From Octopus sinensis (Eukaryota), in assembly GCF_006345805.1 (NCBI RefSeq), contig NC_043022.1:5394001-5458000 (forward strand): a DNA stretch of 64,000 nt, in the 5' to 3' direction. The position numbers and the translations under genes are program-made. Numbering within the stretch: position 1 is the first letter of the stretch; each line of letters begins with the position of its first letter. The notes below the pieces were generated by a model. That model searched no databases and was not told the DNA's origin. It worked only from the letters and a program-made list of their open reading frames with translations. Shown here one piece after another: positions 37,735-49,778 of this stretch.

Positions 37735-37774
<40 letters not shown>

Positions 37775-38062
37775 CGTGTGTTTGTGCTTGTCTTGGTTTA
37801 TATTATGAGGAATGTTTAACCATGAGCCATTATTGAATGTAGCTAAACATGCAGCCCCAGGCAACATGAGAGACAAATGGATGGAACAGCATAAAAGAAA
37901 CCCAGGAATGTCTGCGTGTGTGTGTGTGTGTGCCTTTTTAATTATGTTAATCATTTCAGCTAATTAACCCCTAATAAACTACAGTATGACATTGCTACAA
38001 TATAACTGAGGGCATTGACTCTAAATGAGCACTAATATAGGCTATATATATGTGTGTGTGTG

Positions 38063-38108
<46 letters not shown>

Positions 38109-38111
<3 letters not shown>

Positions 38112-38501
38112 GCATAATTAAATCTCAGAATGAGATTGAAACAGTAATCGCTCGATAATGTAAAGTATAGAAGCCATCTTATCATGGCTAACCACATTGG
38201 GGAGGGGGTGTTACTGTAGCTTTATAGCCCCAAGAGATCTTCGTCTCAAGCTGGCTTTAGACACAATATCAGTGTCCTTGGAGTATTTGCAAAGGGAGGC
38301 CATCCCTTCCTCGAAAGCCTGAGTGATACGCTCGAACTAGTTTCGGGATTTTTGTCCCTCGTCAACGGGCGGTAACCACCAGGTCGCGATGAAAGTGAAG
38401 GCTGCTTTGCAAATATATATAAGTTTTTCTAATGGCGTCTGCCACTGATGTCGAACAACGAACAGTAAGCATAATTAAATCTCAGAATGAGATTGAAACA
38501 G
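38109..38501 (-). mobile_element. Penelope-like remnant with 36-bp terminal direct repeat
   Basis: taagcataattaaatctcagaatgagattgaaacag at 38109-38144 and 38466-38501. Abuts (TA)n and contains a hammerhead-like motif. Confidence 0.6.
38329..38371 (-). ncRNA. Minimal hammerhead ribozyme-like motif (C3U variant)
   Basis: Minus strand CGCCCG-UUGACGA-GGGA(CAAAAA)UCCC-GAAAC(UA)GUU/CGAGCG, with palindromic AACUAGUU across stem III. Confidence 0.65.
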
Positions 38502-38677
38502 CACTGGTGCCTCTTTTTACATGGCACCAACAGCAGCAGGATTGCCAAACGGCTTCCAAGACAGAAACCTCTTGGGTGAGAATGTGAGAGGAACTGAGGA
38601 GGTTGGAGCACAATAGATGGATGGAGACAGGTATCTTAACAGAGAAGACATACCTGGTGGCCTCATTACGAAAAGAA

Positions 38678-38713
<36 letters not shown>

Positions 38714-38715
<2 letters not shown>

Positions 38716-38906
38716 CTTTTATTTGTTTCAGTCATTTGACTGTTGCCATGCTGGAGCACCACCTTTAGTGAAACAAATTGACCCCAGGGCTTATTCTTTG
38801 TAAGCCTAGTACTTATTCCATCAGCTGCTTTTGCCGAACCGCTAAGTTACAGGGATGTAGATACGTCAACATCGGTTGTCAAGCAATGGCGGGGGAACAA
38901 ACACAG

Positions 38907-38941
<35 letters not shown>

Positions 38942-39104
38942 CGACAGGCTTCTTTTCAGTTTCCGCGTAACAAATCCACTCACGAGGCTTTGGTAGGCCT
39001 GAGACTATAGTAGAAGACACTTGCCCAAGGTGCCATCCAGTGGGACTGAACCTGAAACCATGTGGTTAGTAAGCAAGCTACTTACCACACAGCCTCACCT
39101 GCAC
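38714..39104 (-). mobile_element. SINE family B
   Basis: Colinear with 4681-5089. Confidence 0.85.
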
Positions 39105-39429
39105 CTATAAAGTGAGGGAAAGAGAAATAGATAATGTCAGAGACGTGTGTGTGTGTGTGTGTTTGCTTTCTGCTTGTGCTTGCGTGTATGCAGCCTTGTA
39201 TGTGTGCGTGTGCATGAATGTTGCCATTCCTTTGCATGTATGACATCATCTGAACACAAAAACGATGCTGTGATATCTACACTCCCGATGAACGTTTCAT
39301 GCTACAAGTTCTGCCTTCTTGAAGTCATGGAACAAAAAACTCTCTTAGTTTTCAGACAGGAAAGGATTGGCGAGAGGAAGAACATTTGGGTTTTTAAAAA
39401 ATAAATAAATCCTCATCTAACCTATACCA

Positions 39430-39725
39430 GTGGTTAGAGCATCAGGCTCACAATCATGGGGTAGTGAGTTCAATTCCTGGACCAGGCTGTGTGTTGTGTT
39501 CTTGAGTCAGACACTTTGTTTTCACGTTGCTCCAGTTCACTCAGCTGTGGAAATGAGTTGTGACATCACTAGTACCAAGCTGTATTGGCCCCTTTGCCTT
39601 TCCCTTGGACAACATAAGTGACATGGAGAGAGCAGTCTCCCATAAACAAAACCTTGACCAAACTTGTGCCTCGGAGGGGAACTTTCTAGGTGCAATCCCA
39701 TGACCGAAGGGGGTCTTTCCCCTTA
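39430..39725 (+). mobile_element. SINE family A
   Basis: gtggttagagc..gagttcaattcc..tgtgttcttgag..ggtgcaatcccatg. Confidence 0.85.
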
Positions 39726-39811
39726 GCCCTAACCTATACCAGCATAGAAAAAACAAATATAAAACAAGTGAGCAAATAAAAAGTGGACAAATATATACAT
39801 TTTTTTTTTTT

Positions 39812-40032
39812 TTTTACTACCCACAAGGAGCCAAACACAGAGGGGACAAACAAGGACAGACAAAGAGATTAAGTCGATTAACATTGACCCCAGTGCGTAA
39901 CTGGTACTTAATATATCGACCCCGAAAGGATGAAAGGCAAAGTCGACCTCGGCGGAACTTGAACTCGGAACGTAAGGACAGATTAAATATGGCTACGCAT
40001 TTCGCCCGGTGTGCTAACGTTTCTGCCAGCTC
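39812..40032 (-). mobile_element. SINE family C
   Basis: Reverse complement of 49779-50008. Confidence 0.85.
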
Positions 40033-40689
40033 GATACACAACAAGGGCAAAGGTTAAAGGGCAAAAGCAAGTGTCAGAGGCTGCGAACCCCATTCCAACA
40101 GAGACCAGCTTGAAAAACATACAAACCCCAAACGATAAGAGTGAGCAACACAATGCTTTCCCTCAGCACCAGAGCGAATAATGTTACTTTTATGATGTAT
40201 ATTTTCTTAAAACTATATTTTTACCAAAGTTAGGTAAAGAACATAGAATACAAGTCTTCAGTATATTTCCTTCATCCACCCACCCCCTCAACCCTCGCCT
40301 CTCCTTCTCACTTACACGCACACAAATGTGATATCTCCTACATATCTAACGATAAGAGAGAATAATATATACATTCTCCCCAATTTTAACATGTGTTTAT
40401 TATTTCTAACAATTAATAGCGGTGCTCACTGAAGTGTACACCGAAAGATACACATCACATTTGAGAATTTCTTCCTTTTCTATCTTTTTATCCTTCTTTC
40501 CATTACGTCTATCTTGTTTCCTAAAGATATTAAATTCTTCATCGGAGAATGCGTAAGAAAACTTAAAAGTGATTCATGTTTTATATTTTGATAATTCAAG
40601 ACAAGATTTCAAGAAAGATAAGCATCTCCCAGAAGATATATTTCAATCTTGTCAAAACATCAATGCAGCGATGGCCAGGCGAAGATTAC

Positions 40690-40731
40690 CTTGCTTAACA
40701 CATTGTTTGCGTTTGGCTTGTGAATACATTT
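40690..40731 (-). CDS. Candidate 42-nt symmetric micro-exon
   Basis: ttatttgtatgtcttgtcag|AAATGTATTCACAAGCCAAACGCAAACAATGTGTTAAGCAAG|gtaatc. Open as KCIHKPNANNVLSK (phase 0) or xMYSQAKRKQCVKQx (phase 1). Confidence 0.3.
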
Positions 40732-40870
40732 CTGACAAGACATACAAATAAATTCTGCTGGCTTTTTCTGGATTTTAGATTCAAATTAAAACGACACAAC
40801 CTACACGCAGCAAGGCATTTATATACATACACACACACACACACACACACATACATGTATATGCATTTAT

Positions 40871-40912
<42 letters not shown>

Positions 40913-41406
40913 ATAAATGCATATTCATGTATGTATATGCATTTATATATAAGCACATATAGAAATATATGTATGTGCATGTATATGTGTGTGTATCCAT
41001 GTGTGTATATAAAAATATAATGTATCTATCTATATGTATGTATATATATATGTATATACACAGACACACACACATACATATATATATACATATATATATG
41101 CATGTGTGTGTGAGTGTATATATATGTATCTATCTATATGTATGTATATGTCACTAAATATAATTGATATATGTAAGAAAATATGGTGTTATCAGATATA
41201 CTATTATTTTATTTTGAGTGTGTATGTATACACACACACACACACGCACACACACACACACAAACACGTGCATGAACACACACCACTTATGTATATGATT
41301 CCCAGAAGCAAAACAAAACAATTCTCATGAAATGAAGAATAAAAGGTTCCAGTGTGACCAAAAAGGAACCAAAATATTTGCTTGACCCCAGCACCATGCC
41401 GCTTAC

Positions 41407-41458
41407 CAAACAAAGGATCCTCCACACAGCCAGAGTCAACAAAACTCTTCCTCTCCAT
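41407..41458 (-). CDS. Candidate start-codon exon (MERKSFVDSGCVEDPLF-G, phase 1)
   Basis: ATG..TTTG|gtaagc donor in a unique, more GC-rich island. Confidence 0.3.
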
Positions 41459-41728
41459 TTCGCAAATAATGCACAATACAACGTATAATGCGGAGGTGTG
41501 TAGGTGGCATGTGGCGGCACCCGTGATTGTTGCTGCCAGTGAAACATCAGAATTGCCAATTGTTAGAAGAACAATAGTGATGGCAGGGGTGGAGGGGTAA
41601 AAAGGGGTTCGGTCACGTGAGACAGCAATGTCACATGACATATTTAGGGTCATGTATGGACTAACAACATACTTCTGGTAAAAGAGGTAAAGAAGGACCA
41701 GAAATAAGGACCGGTAGAGTCACATGTG

Positions 41729-42008
41729 AAGGCATGTGGCTTAGTGGTTAGGGTGGTCAGCTCATGAACGTAAGGTGATGAGTTCAATTCCTGGCAGTGC
41801 ATTGTATCCTTGAGCAAGACACTTTATTGCGTTGTACCTGTAATTCGAAAGGGGCCAGCCTTGTCATGTTCTGTGTCATGCTGAATCTCCCTGAGAACTA
41901 TGCATGTCTGTGGAGTACTCAGCCACTTGCATGTTAATTTCGCAAACAGGATGTTCTGTTGGGTAGATAAACTGGAACCCTTGTCATTCATAACTGATAA
42001 AGTTCCAG
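41729..42008 (+). mobile_element. tRNA-derived CORE-type SINE, family F
   Basis: tggcttagtggttagg, gagttcaattcc, ccttgagcaagacacttt, body gtggagtactcagccacttgcatg. Confidence 0.8.
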
Positions 42009-42376
42009 GATATTCAGCTCACAATCATAATGTAGTGAGTTCAACTCCTTGAGCAAGACACTTCATTTCACTTTATTGCTCCAGCTGGCAAAAATGAATT
42101 CTACCTGTTATACAAAGGGGTCAGGCTTGTCATATTCTGTATGTCACACTGGATCTGTCTCAGAACTAAAATGAGAATAATAATAATAATGAATTTATCG
42201 TATACAGTGCTCAGGTGCATGTTAAAGATACCTGTGCCTGTGGAGTGTTCAGCCACTTGCAAGTTAATTTCTGTTGTAAAGTGGGTTCCTCCCACTGGTG
42301 TCATGTGTGACTGTTGTTGTACTGCAGTTGCTGTTTTACACTAGTAGCCACAATAGTTACTACTCAACGGATACCT

Positions 42377-42594
42377 ATTTCTTTATTACCCACAAAGGGC
42401 TAAACACAGAGGGGACAAACAAGGACAGACATAGGTATTAAGTCGATTACATCGACCCCAGTGCATAACTGGTACTTTATTTATCGACCCCGAAAGGATG
42501 AAAGGCAAAGTCAGCCTCGGCGGAATTTGAACTCACAACGTAACGGCAGACGAAATACCGCTAAGCATTTCGCCCAGCGTGCTAACGTTTCTGC
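42377..42594 (-). mobile_element. SINE family C
   Basis: Reverse complement of 49779-50008. Confidence 0.85.
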
Positions 42595-42834
42595 GTTGTA
42601 TCTCTTTGTACTGGAATAGCAATACACTAACTTCTTTTGTCCTACTATCGCTGATAGCTCCACAATACACCGACTAGAACTGTCAAATGTTGACTCTCGA
42701 CTCTTCAACTCTTGACCATCACTTGACGACTGGCTACTGGTCTGTTTATAATGGCTGTCCCCTACCACTTTTTACCAGGAGGGGTATACAGTTCCACTAT
42801 ACAATTTCACATGCAGGTTGTTCCATTACACAGG

Positions 42835-43258
42835 TCTTCCTGGATTGGGTGAGGCACTGTGTTCTTGAGCAAGACACTTCATTTCACATTGCTCCAGTCC
42901 ACTCAGCTGGCAAAAATAAGTAACCCTGAGAGGGACTGGGGTCCCATCCAGGTGAGGAATATATTCGCTACGGAAACTGGAAATCCAGCCCTATGAGTCT
43001 CTATAACTGAGGAAGGATCTTGATCTTTTTATTCAATGTATGTATATGTGGTGGTATATGGCTTAGTGGTCAGGGTGTTGGACTCGTAATCATAAAATTG
43101 TGGTTTCGATTCCTGGATCGGGTGAAACACTTCATTTTCACATTGCTCCAGTCCCCTCAGCTGGCAAGAATGAGTCATCTTGTGAGGAATTTACATGAAA
43201 CCAAGAAACTGACCATTATGAGTTGGCACGACTCGAGAAGGTGACCTTTACCTTTGTT
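42835..43258 (+). mobile_element. Two adjacent SINE family D copies
   Basis: CORE-like cttgagcaagacacttc; tail atgagttggcacgactcgagaaggtgacctttacc. Confidence 0.75.
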
Positions 43259-43946
43259 TTTAATATTGACCAGATCAACTGGGACACTCGTCGCTGTAAC
43301 TGATGGAGTTCCAGTTAGAACCACAGCAAAGAACGGACAGAGAAAAAAAAAGGTGGATGACTTGAAGTTAGCTGACGTCTGTGAACGACGCAGGGACAAG
43401 GCTGTGCACCTGCAGCCGCTTTGGAGATGACAGATCTTCATTGCCTGAACAAATTATGGTTCCAAAGTATGGTTCCAATTATGGTCTCAGCACCTCAACT
43501 CTGTCCATTCTGAATTTCTACAGAATTACATTGCAATCAGTTGCAAAAGAGTTCCGCAAGTTGAGTTGGTTCCAAATTCTTTATATAGAATTAGGAAACT
43601 AAATAAATTCCTGTCAATAATTCAGGATAGACGCATCAGATAGGTTCCAGTGGGGAAACTTCATAAATATGTAATTACCAGAAGCAGAAAATATTCTCCT
43701 GTGGCAAACAACAAAAGTCTCAAATCACTTAAATGGTAAAACTGCTGATAGATAGCAAAAACAAAGGAAAACCATTTAACCACCACCACCACCACCATCA
43801 TCATCATCGTTGTCAGCTTTGCTATTATCATCCTCTTACTCCCCCTCGTTATTTTTGCATTTGTTTTTGTACTCTTCTTCCCTCCTTGGATAAGTTGGAT
43901 AAACCTTGAAGCACATCAATCTCTTTACTGCATATATTAACTGGGT

Positions 43947-44386
43947 GTACAAAGGGTGTCGAAAAGATCCCGGCTTTGGGTTTAAAGGAAATACAGGATG
44001 GGGATCAGTTAATTATGATTTCATTCAGCATATTCCCCTCTCAGAGTCACACACTTAGCGCAGTGGTCCTTCAGGTTTTCTAAGCCCTGTGAAAGACCTC
44101 AGAAGGTCTTTTATGATACCCTTAAAGCCAGGAACTTTTCAGATAGACAGACAGACAGACAGATAGATATAGGGATTGCTGAAAAGTTCCTGGCTTTGGG
44201 TAAAAGAAAATAGAGAAGAATCAGTTATGATTTCCTTCAACATATTTCCCTCTTCTCAGATTCACACACTTAATGCAGTGGTCCTTCAGTTTTTCTAATC
44301 CCTGTAAAAGGATTCGGAAGGTTGGGTCATCAACCAGGCCTTTTGCAATACCCTTAAAGCAAGCATCTTTTCAGCAGCCCCTCATA
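43947..44386. mobile_element. Two tandem mariner-like MITEs (same family as 33385-33610)
   Basis: gaaaagttcctggctttggg...cccttaaagc..cttttcag pattern twice. Confidence 0.7.
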
Positions 44387-44454
44387 TTATATGCCACCAT
44401 CAGTATTGGAGGTGTTCTCTGCAGAAGGAATGTTTGACAATTTATCAGAGAGAT

Positions 44455-44675
44455 GCCAGACCCCTCTGGCACCTGTGCAGGTGGCACGTAAAAAGCACCC
44501 ACTACGCTCGCGGAGTGGTTGGCGTTAGGAAGGGCATCCAGCTGTAGAAACACTGCCAGATCAGACTGGAGCCTGGAGCAGCCCCTGGCTCCCCAGACCC
44601 CGGTCGAATCGTCCAACCCGTGCTAGCGCGGAAAACGGACGTTAAACGATGATGATGATGATGATGATGATGATG
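44455..44675 (+). mobile_element. RTE 3' UTR copy (family E), single module
   Basis: gtggcacgtaaaaagcacc..aggaagggcatccagc..(GAT)n. Confidence 0.85.
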
Positions 44676-44873
44676 AAATCAATTACCTTTCTAGAGGAGA
44701 ATTGCTCAGTAGTACTTTGTGGTACTTCATGGTACTCTGTGGTATTCCATAGTACTATACAGATTTGCTACCAACATATTTCTGATTTTATGGTGACATA
44801 CTGAAACACCCAACTGTATATTGGACATGGCAGGCTTGGACTTAAAAAAACACAAGACCATCAGATAATAATG

Positions 44874-45025
44874 CTTTCTACCGTAGGCACAAGGCCTGAA
44901 ATTTTGAGGGAGGGGAGAAGTCAATGACATCAACCCCAGTGCATAACTGGTACTTAATATATCGACCCCAAAAGGATGAAAGTCAACCTTGACAGAATTT
45001 GAACTCAGAACATAGCAACAGGCAA
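44874..45025 (-). mobile_element. Truncated SINE family C variant with 17-bp TSD
   Basis: accatcagataataatg at 44857-44873 and 45026-45042. Confidence 0.8.
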
Positions 45026-45055
45026 CCATCAGATAATAATGTTACAAGTTTCATT

Positions 45056-45597
45056 ATCTTTTACTTGCTTCATTCATTAGACTGTGGCCATGTTGGGGCA
45101 CCGCCTTGAAGAACTTTTAGTTAAATGGATCAACCCCAGTACTTAATAATCTTTTTTTAAAGCTTCCTACTTATTTTGTTGCTCACTTCTGATGAGCTGC
45201 TAAGTCACAGAGGCATAAACACACCAACACTGATTATCAAGCAGTGGGAGGAGGACAAACACACATAGACACACACAGACACACACAGATATAGACACAC
45301 ACGCACACATAGATACATACACACAGACACACACACATGCACATAAATACACACACAGAAACATACACCCACATAGATACATACACATAGATATACACAC
45401 ACACATACATATAGACACACACACACACACATATGTGACAGGTTTCTTTCAGTTTCCGTCAACCAAATTCACTGACAAGGTTTTGGTTGGCCCAAGGCTA
45501 TGGCAGAAGACACTTATCCAAGATGCCACACAATGGGACTGAACCCAGAACCAAGTGGTTCGCAAGCAAGGCTTCTTACCCCACAGCTACACCTGCA
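45056..45597 (-). mobile_element. SINE family B with expanded internal (CA)n
   Basis: Both halves flank ~170 bp of microsatellite. Confidence 0.8.
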
Positions 45598-45649
45598 TAT
45601 TAATGGAAAAGCACGAAAAAATAGCTGGGAGCAACCTAAAAGACAAAAG

Positions 45650-46150
45650 TCATGAATGTAGCCATTGATGATCCCTTTGAAGGGAGCCAACAGTTGAGAG
45701 TGGAGTACTTCAGGGAGCTGTCCTTAGGCCAATACTGTTTATAAAAGCTCTTATAGCCATACACCAGTTATTACAACAATTCTCATTAACTTTGAATTAA
45801 CAAAGAAAATGATCAAGAGAGCTAATGATATTAACAAGCTAGAAACTGACCGCAAACTACAATTCAAAGCCATGAAATGTCAAGTACTCAGCTAATGACA
45901 TTCTGACATTTTGCAACCTGAATGTGTAGGACCAGGAGAACTTCCAGTCCCACAGTGAGATTCTCTCAGTAAAACTAATAAGGTAGCATCATGAAGATGA
46001 ATGGATTCTGAGAACATTTACAAGATATCAAAAAGCTGTATTAATCCTGTGAAAGATGTATGTCCTCACTGAACTAAATTCTTGCCATCAGCTACAAAAC
46101 ATCTCTGCAGAACTGGAGCCAATCAAATGGCCTTACTCTAATAAAATTGT
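45650..46150 (+). mobile_element. Decayed CR1/L2-type reverse transcriptase fragment
   Basis: VESGVLQGAVLRPILF (SGVPQGSVLGP-like) at ~45693 and WILRTF at ~46002. Confidence 0.6.
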
Positions 46151-46170
46151 CTCTATTTGTAATAAATAAG

Positions 46171-46434
46171 AAGGCACGTGGCTCAGTGGTTAGAGCATCG
46201 GGCTCACAATCATGAGGTGGTGAGTTCGATTCCTGGACCATGCTATGTGTTGTATTCTTGAGCAAGACACTTTATTTCATGTTGCTCCAGTTCACTCAGC
46301 TGTAGAAATGACTTGCGATGTCTCTGCTGCCAAGCTGTATTGGCCCCTTTGCCTGGACTTGTGTCTCTAAGGAGAACCTTTTAGGTGCAACCCCATGGTC
46401 CTTCAATGACTGAAAGGGGTCTCACCACTTTACC
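46171..46434 (+). mobile_element. SINE family A
   Basis: tggctcagtggttagagc (A-box), gagttcgattcc (B-box), ttcttgagcaagacacttt. Confidence 0.85.
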
Positions 46435-46886
46435 TAATGGTGCCTAGTCAAAGTCAACTGGCTGGGATCAATAAAAGAGTAATAAAAAGAGAAGCGGCTG
46501 GAAAAACAAGAAAAGACAATGTAAAGTAAAAGAGGATCCCATGGTCTTGTTGAGGACATGAACACCTCTCTAATGCTGGTGCCATGATAAAAACACATTC
46601 AACACAGCTTGTAAAGGGGTTGATGATAGGAAGAGTACCTAAACACAGAAACCAAGCCAAAGCTTAAATGTACAAACGAGGTGTAAGTCATTTGATCCAG
46701 CCAAGAGAGTAATTAACTCTAAATAAAAGAAATTGACCCATTCAATACTTGCCAGCATGCCGAGGGGAAAGTAGACATAGATTGATGTGTGTGTGTGTAT
46801 GTATATTTCAAAATGTGACCTCGTGTGTACCGTTGGCGATTTTTTTTTCCGCTGTCTTCCCTTCTCTGGATCTTTCCTTCTCCTAT

Positions 46887-46921
46887 GTTTCCGACGAAGA
46901 GCTCCGCTCGAAACGTTAAAC
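46887..46921 (+). ncRNA. Minimal hammerhead ribozyme-like motif (U4C variant) in a Penelope-like island (~46803-47030)
   Basis: GUUU-CCGACGA-A-GAGC(UCC)GCUC-GAAACGUU/AAAC, with palindromic AACGUU. Island flanked by microsatellites. Confidence 0.55.
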
Positions 46922-48023
46922 CCTTGGGACACCTCCTTCTTTCATTCTTTCCTGAGCATCCAATAATACTATATTTGTTCCACGTCCTAGTGTTGTTGTG
47001 TTTTTTTGTGCTTTCATGTTTGGATTAACTTTATACATACATATATATATATATGCATGTGTGTGTGTGTGTGTATGTGTGTGTGTATATGTGTGTGTAT
47101 ATATATATATATATGTCTCTCTCTCTTCCTCTATCTACATGTGTGTGTGTGTGTGTGTGCTTTGGACACCCCCTGCAAAGAATGAGAATAAGGACAATGG
47201 TGAAATGTATATCGGAAACAAACGCTATAAACTGCATCTTGTGTTTAGCATGCTTTTGCCTGTATGTATACAGAAATGTATATACACATACATACATGAC
47301 ATACATGTGTAAACGTTTTTGTTGTTATTCAGCCCCAAAACAGAGCAGACCTATGATCAGAGGAACTCCAGCCATGACAACCCTGTCTCTTATCAAATGT
47401 GTCGTTTACATGTTTACGATGATAGTGTATGACTCAACAGGGACTTAGCTGCTATTTCTAGCAAGTAAAACAACTCAGTAGAGGCTCCCTCATTATGTTG
47501 TCTGAGAAGATTGATGGTAATGTTTTACAGCAACACTGAAATGGTGCCAAACCAGAATAGACCACCGTTAATGTGGTCCAGCCTACAGTTTCTCTGTAGT
47601 TGCTGTTGTTGTTGTTCTTGTTGTTATTCTTGTTGTTGTAAGAAAACTCTAGCTATGTGTTGCATGAGAATAAGTTGATTAGTAAGAAAAAGACGCGGAT
47701 TTGATAAATGAATTCGCTGCTAAGATGGATGTCTTCGTTTGAACTGTGGAAGAAAAATCAGCAAAGAGAGAGCGAGAAGATGGATCAGGAAAGAAGCGGG
47801 AATTAAAAATGGCATATCATTCTGTTTGCAGCAAAGATAGATGTTGGCAAGAACACAAGAGCTAAATGTAGGGCGTGGATTTAATTGAACCAGTCAGTTT
47901 GGAAATTGGGAAATTTTCTGGGTTTTTTTGAGGTTTTTTTAAAATATTTATTTAAATATAGATGTGGCAAAAATATGTTATTAAAACATTTATCAATGAA
48001 TAAAAGGTGATTTTATATATGTG

Positions 48024-48056
<33 letters not shown>

Positions 48057-48201
48057 ATATATGTGTGTGTGTGTGTGTTTAATTTAGAAGAGAACTGCTT
48101 GTAGACACAGTGAGGGGCCAATTTGGGTTGGTGAAAAGGGAAGTATTAAGGGTTTTGTGCAGCTGTTTAGTTTAAACATCTGGATGTTAGGGTTAAAGTA
48201 T

Positions 48202-48325
48202 GGAGGAGGAGGAGGATGGTGATGAGGAGGAGGAGGAGGAAGAGGATGATGGTGAGGAGGAGGAAGAGGAGGAGGAGGAGGAAGAAGAGGAGGAGGAGGA
48301 GGAGGAGGAGGAAGAAGAGGAGGTG
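48202..48325. repeat. (GAG)n microsatellite
   Basis: Directly visible. Confidence 0.95.
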
Positions 48326-48746
48326 GTGGCGGTGGGGATAGCCACTTCAGAAGGTTGGTGGCCTGGGATGGAATGTGGGTTGAGAAAAAAAAAGGGTTAA
48401 TATGGGATTCAGTTGAATAAAACACACACACCACACACACATACACACACACACACCACACAGAGGTATGTATAAAGAAGAAGACAAATGGAGTTTAAAA
48501 ATTCACAACAGCTGTTTCAGCAGCCCTTCGTTGATGACTACTTAGTTTACATCGTGACTGGAATCTGCTATTTTCAGGTGATTTTGAATAAACAGACAGG
48601 TAGGCAGGCAGAGAATTCTCAAGATGAGCAGCTCACCAAGACACAGGGCAAGAACATCAATCTTTCACTTTCTCGCTGCCGATGTCTTCCCTATATATTG
48701 CAGAAACTTAATTCTTTTTCCCAAATAAATTGCACTTCATATTCAA

Positions 48747-48827
48747 GGCTCTGATGAAGTTATAAGGTATCACTCAGGCACTCAACTAGGAGTTCATTGC
48801 AGCTCATAGCAGAAACAGCTGTAAGCT
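48747..48827 (+). ncRNA. Type I hammerhead ribozyme motif with long stem II
   Basis: GGCU-CUGAUGA-aguuauaag..cucauagca-GAAAC(AGCU)GUA/AGCU. Intact core and palindromic tetraloop; stem II imperfect. Confidence 0.65.
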
Positions 48828-48930
48828 AATGAAGTTCATAAGATAACTGTTTTTTCCTTTGTCATCTCATTATCTTATAGAGCTAAGGCAGTCCCTATTC
48901 TAAAATTGGAATGATAAAGAGAAGATTAGC

Positions 48931-49346
48931 ATGGAGTGGCTGTGTGGTAAGTAGCTTGCTGACCAACCACATGGTTCCGGGTTCAGTCCCACTGCGTGGC
49001 ATCTTGGGCAAGTGTCTTCTGCTATAGTCCCGGGCCGACCATGCCTTGTGAGTGGATTTGGGAGACGGAAACTGAAAGAAGCCTGTCGTATATATGTATA
49101 ATATATATATGTGGTGTGTGTGTTATGTGTCTGTGTTTGTCCCCCTAGCATGCTTGACAACCGATGCTGGTGTTGTTTATGTCCCCGTTACTTAGCGGTT
49201 CGGCAAAAGAGACCGATATAGAATAAGCACTGGGCTTACAAAGAATAAGTTCCGGGGTTGATTTGCTCGACTAAAGGCGGTGCTCCAGCATGGCCGCAGT
49301 CAACTGACTGAAACAAGTAAAAGAGTAAAAGAGTAAAGAGTAAGAG
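48931..49346 (+). mobile_element. SINE family B, full length
   Basis: ggagtggctgtgtggtaag..(agtaaaag)n tail. Confidence 0.9.
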
Positions 49347-49415
49347 TATGGCCCCTATGCAAGTTTGACATGTAAATTCATGATGTATTCCATATTTGTT
49401 TTAGAATGATAGTGA

Positions 49416-49750
49416 AGGTACATAGCCCAGTGGTAAGACCGTCAGGCTCACAAACATAAGATAGTGAGTTCAATTCCCAGACAGGGCTGTGTGTTGTGTT
49501 CTTGAGCAAGACACTTTATTTCACGATGCTCCAGTTCACTCAGCTGTAGAAATGAGTTGCTATGTCACTGGTGCCAAGTTGTATCGGACCCTATGCCTTT
49601 CCCTTGGATAACATTAGTGGTATGAAGAGGTGGGAGGCTGGTATCCATGGGTGACTGCTGGTCTTCCATAAACAACCTTACTCAGACTTGTGCCTCAGAG
49701 GGGAACTTTGTTGGTGCAATCTCATGGTCATTCATGACTGAAGGGTGTTT
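49416..49750 (+). mobile_element. SINE family A
   Basis: Head, CORE-like block, and a 3' end matching the array unit at 1-1181. Confidence 0.85.
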
Positions 49751-49778
49751 TTATTCTTTATAGATATACATATATCTA

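Noticed and set aside
45190-45200. CTGATGA as a hammerhead core
   Set aside because: Lies in a diverged SINE B segment with no stem II/GAAA/NUH arrangement downstream.
46171-46245. tRNA gene (also other A/B-box heads)
   Set aside because: A and B boxes are present, but there is no complete cloverleaf and the sequence continues into a SINE body.
48200-48400. Acidic poly-Glu protein
   Set aside because: (GAG)n microsatellite with no exon evidence.
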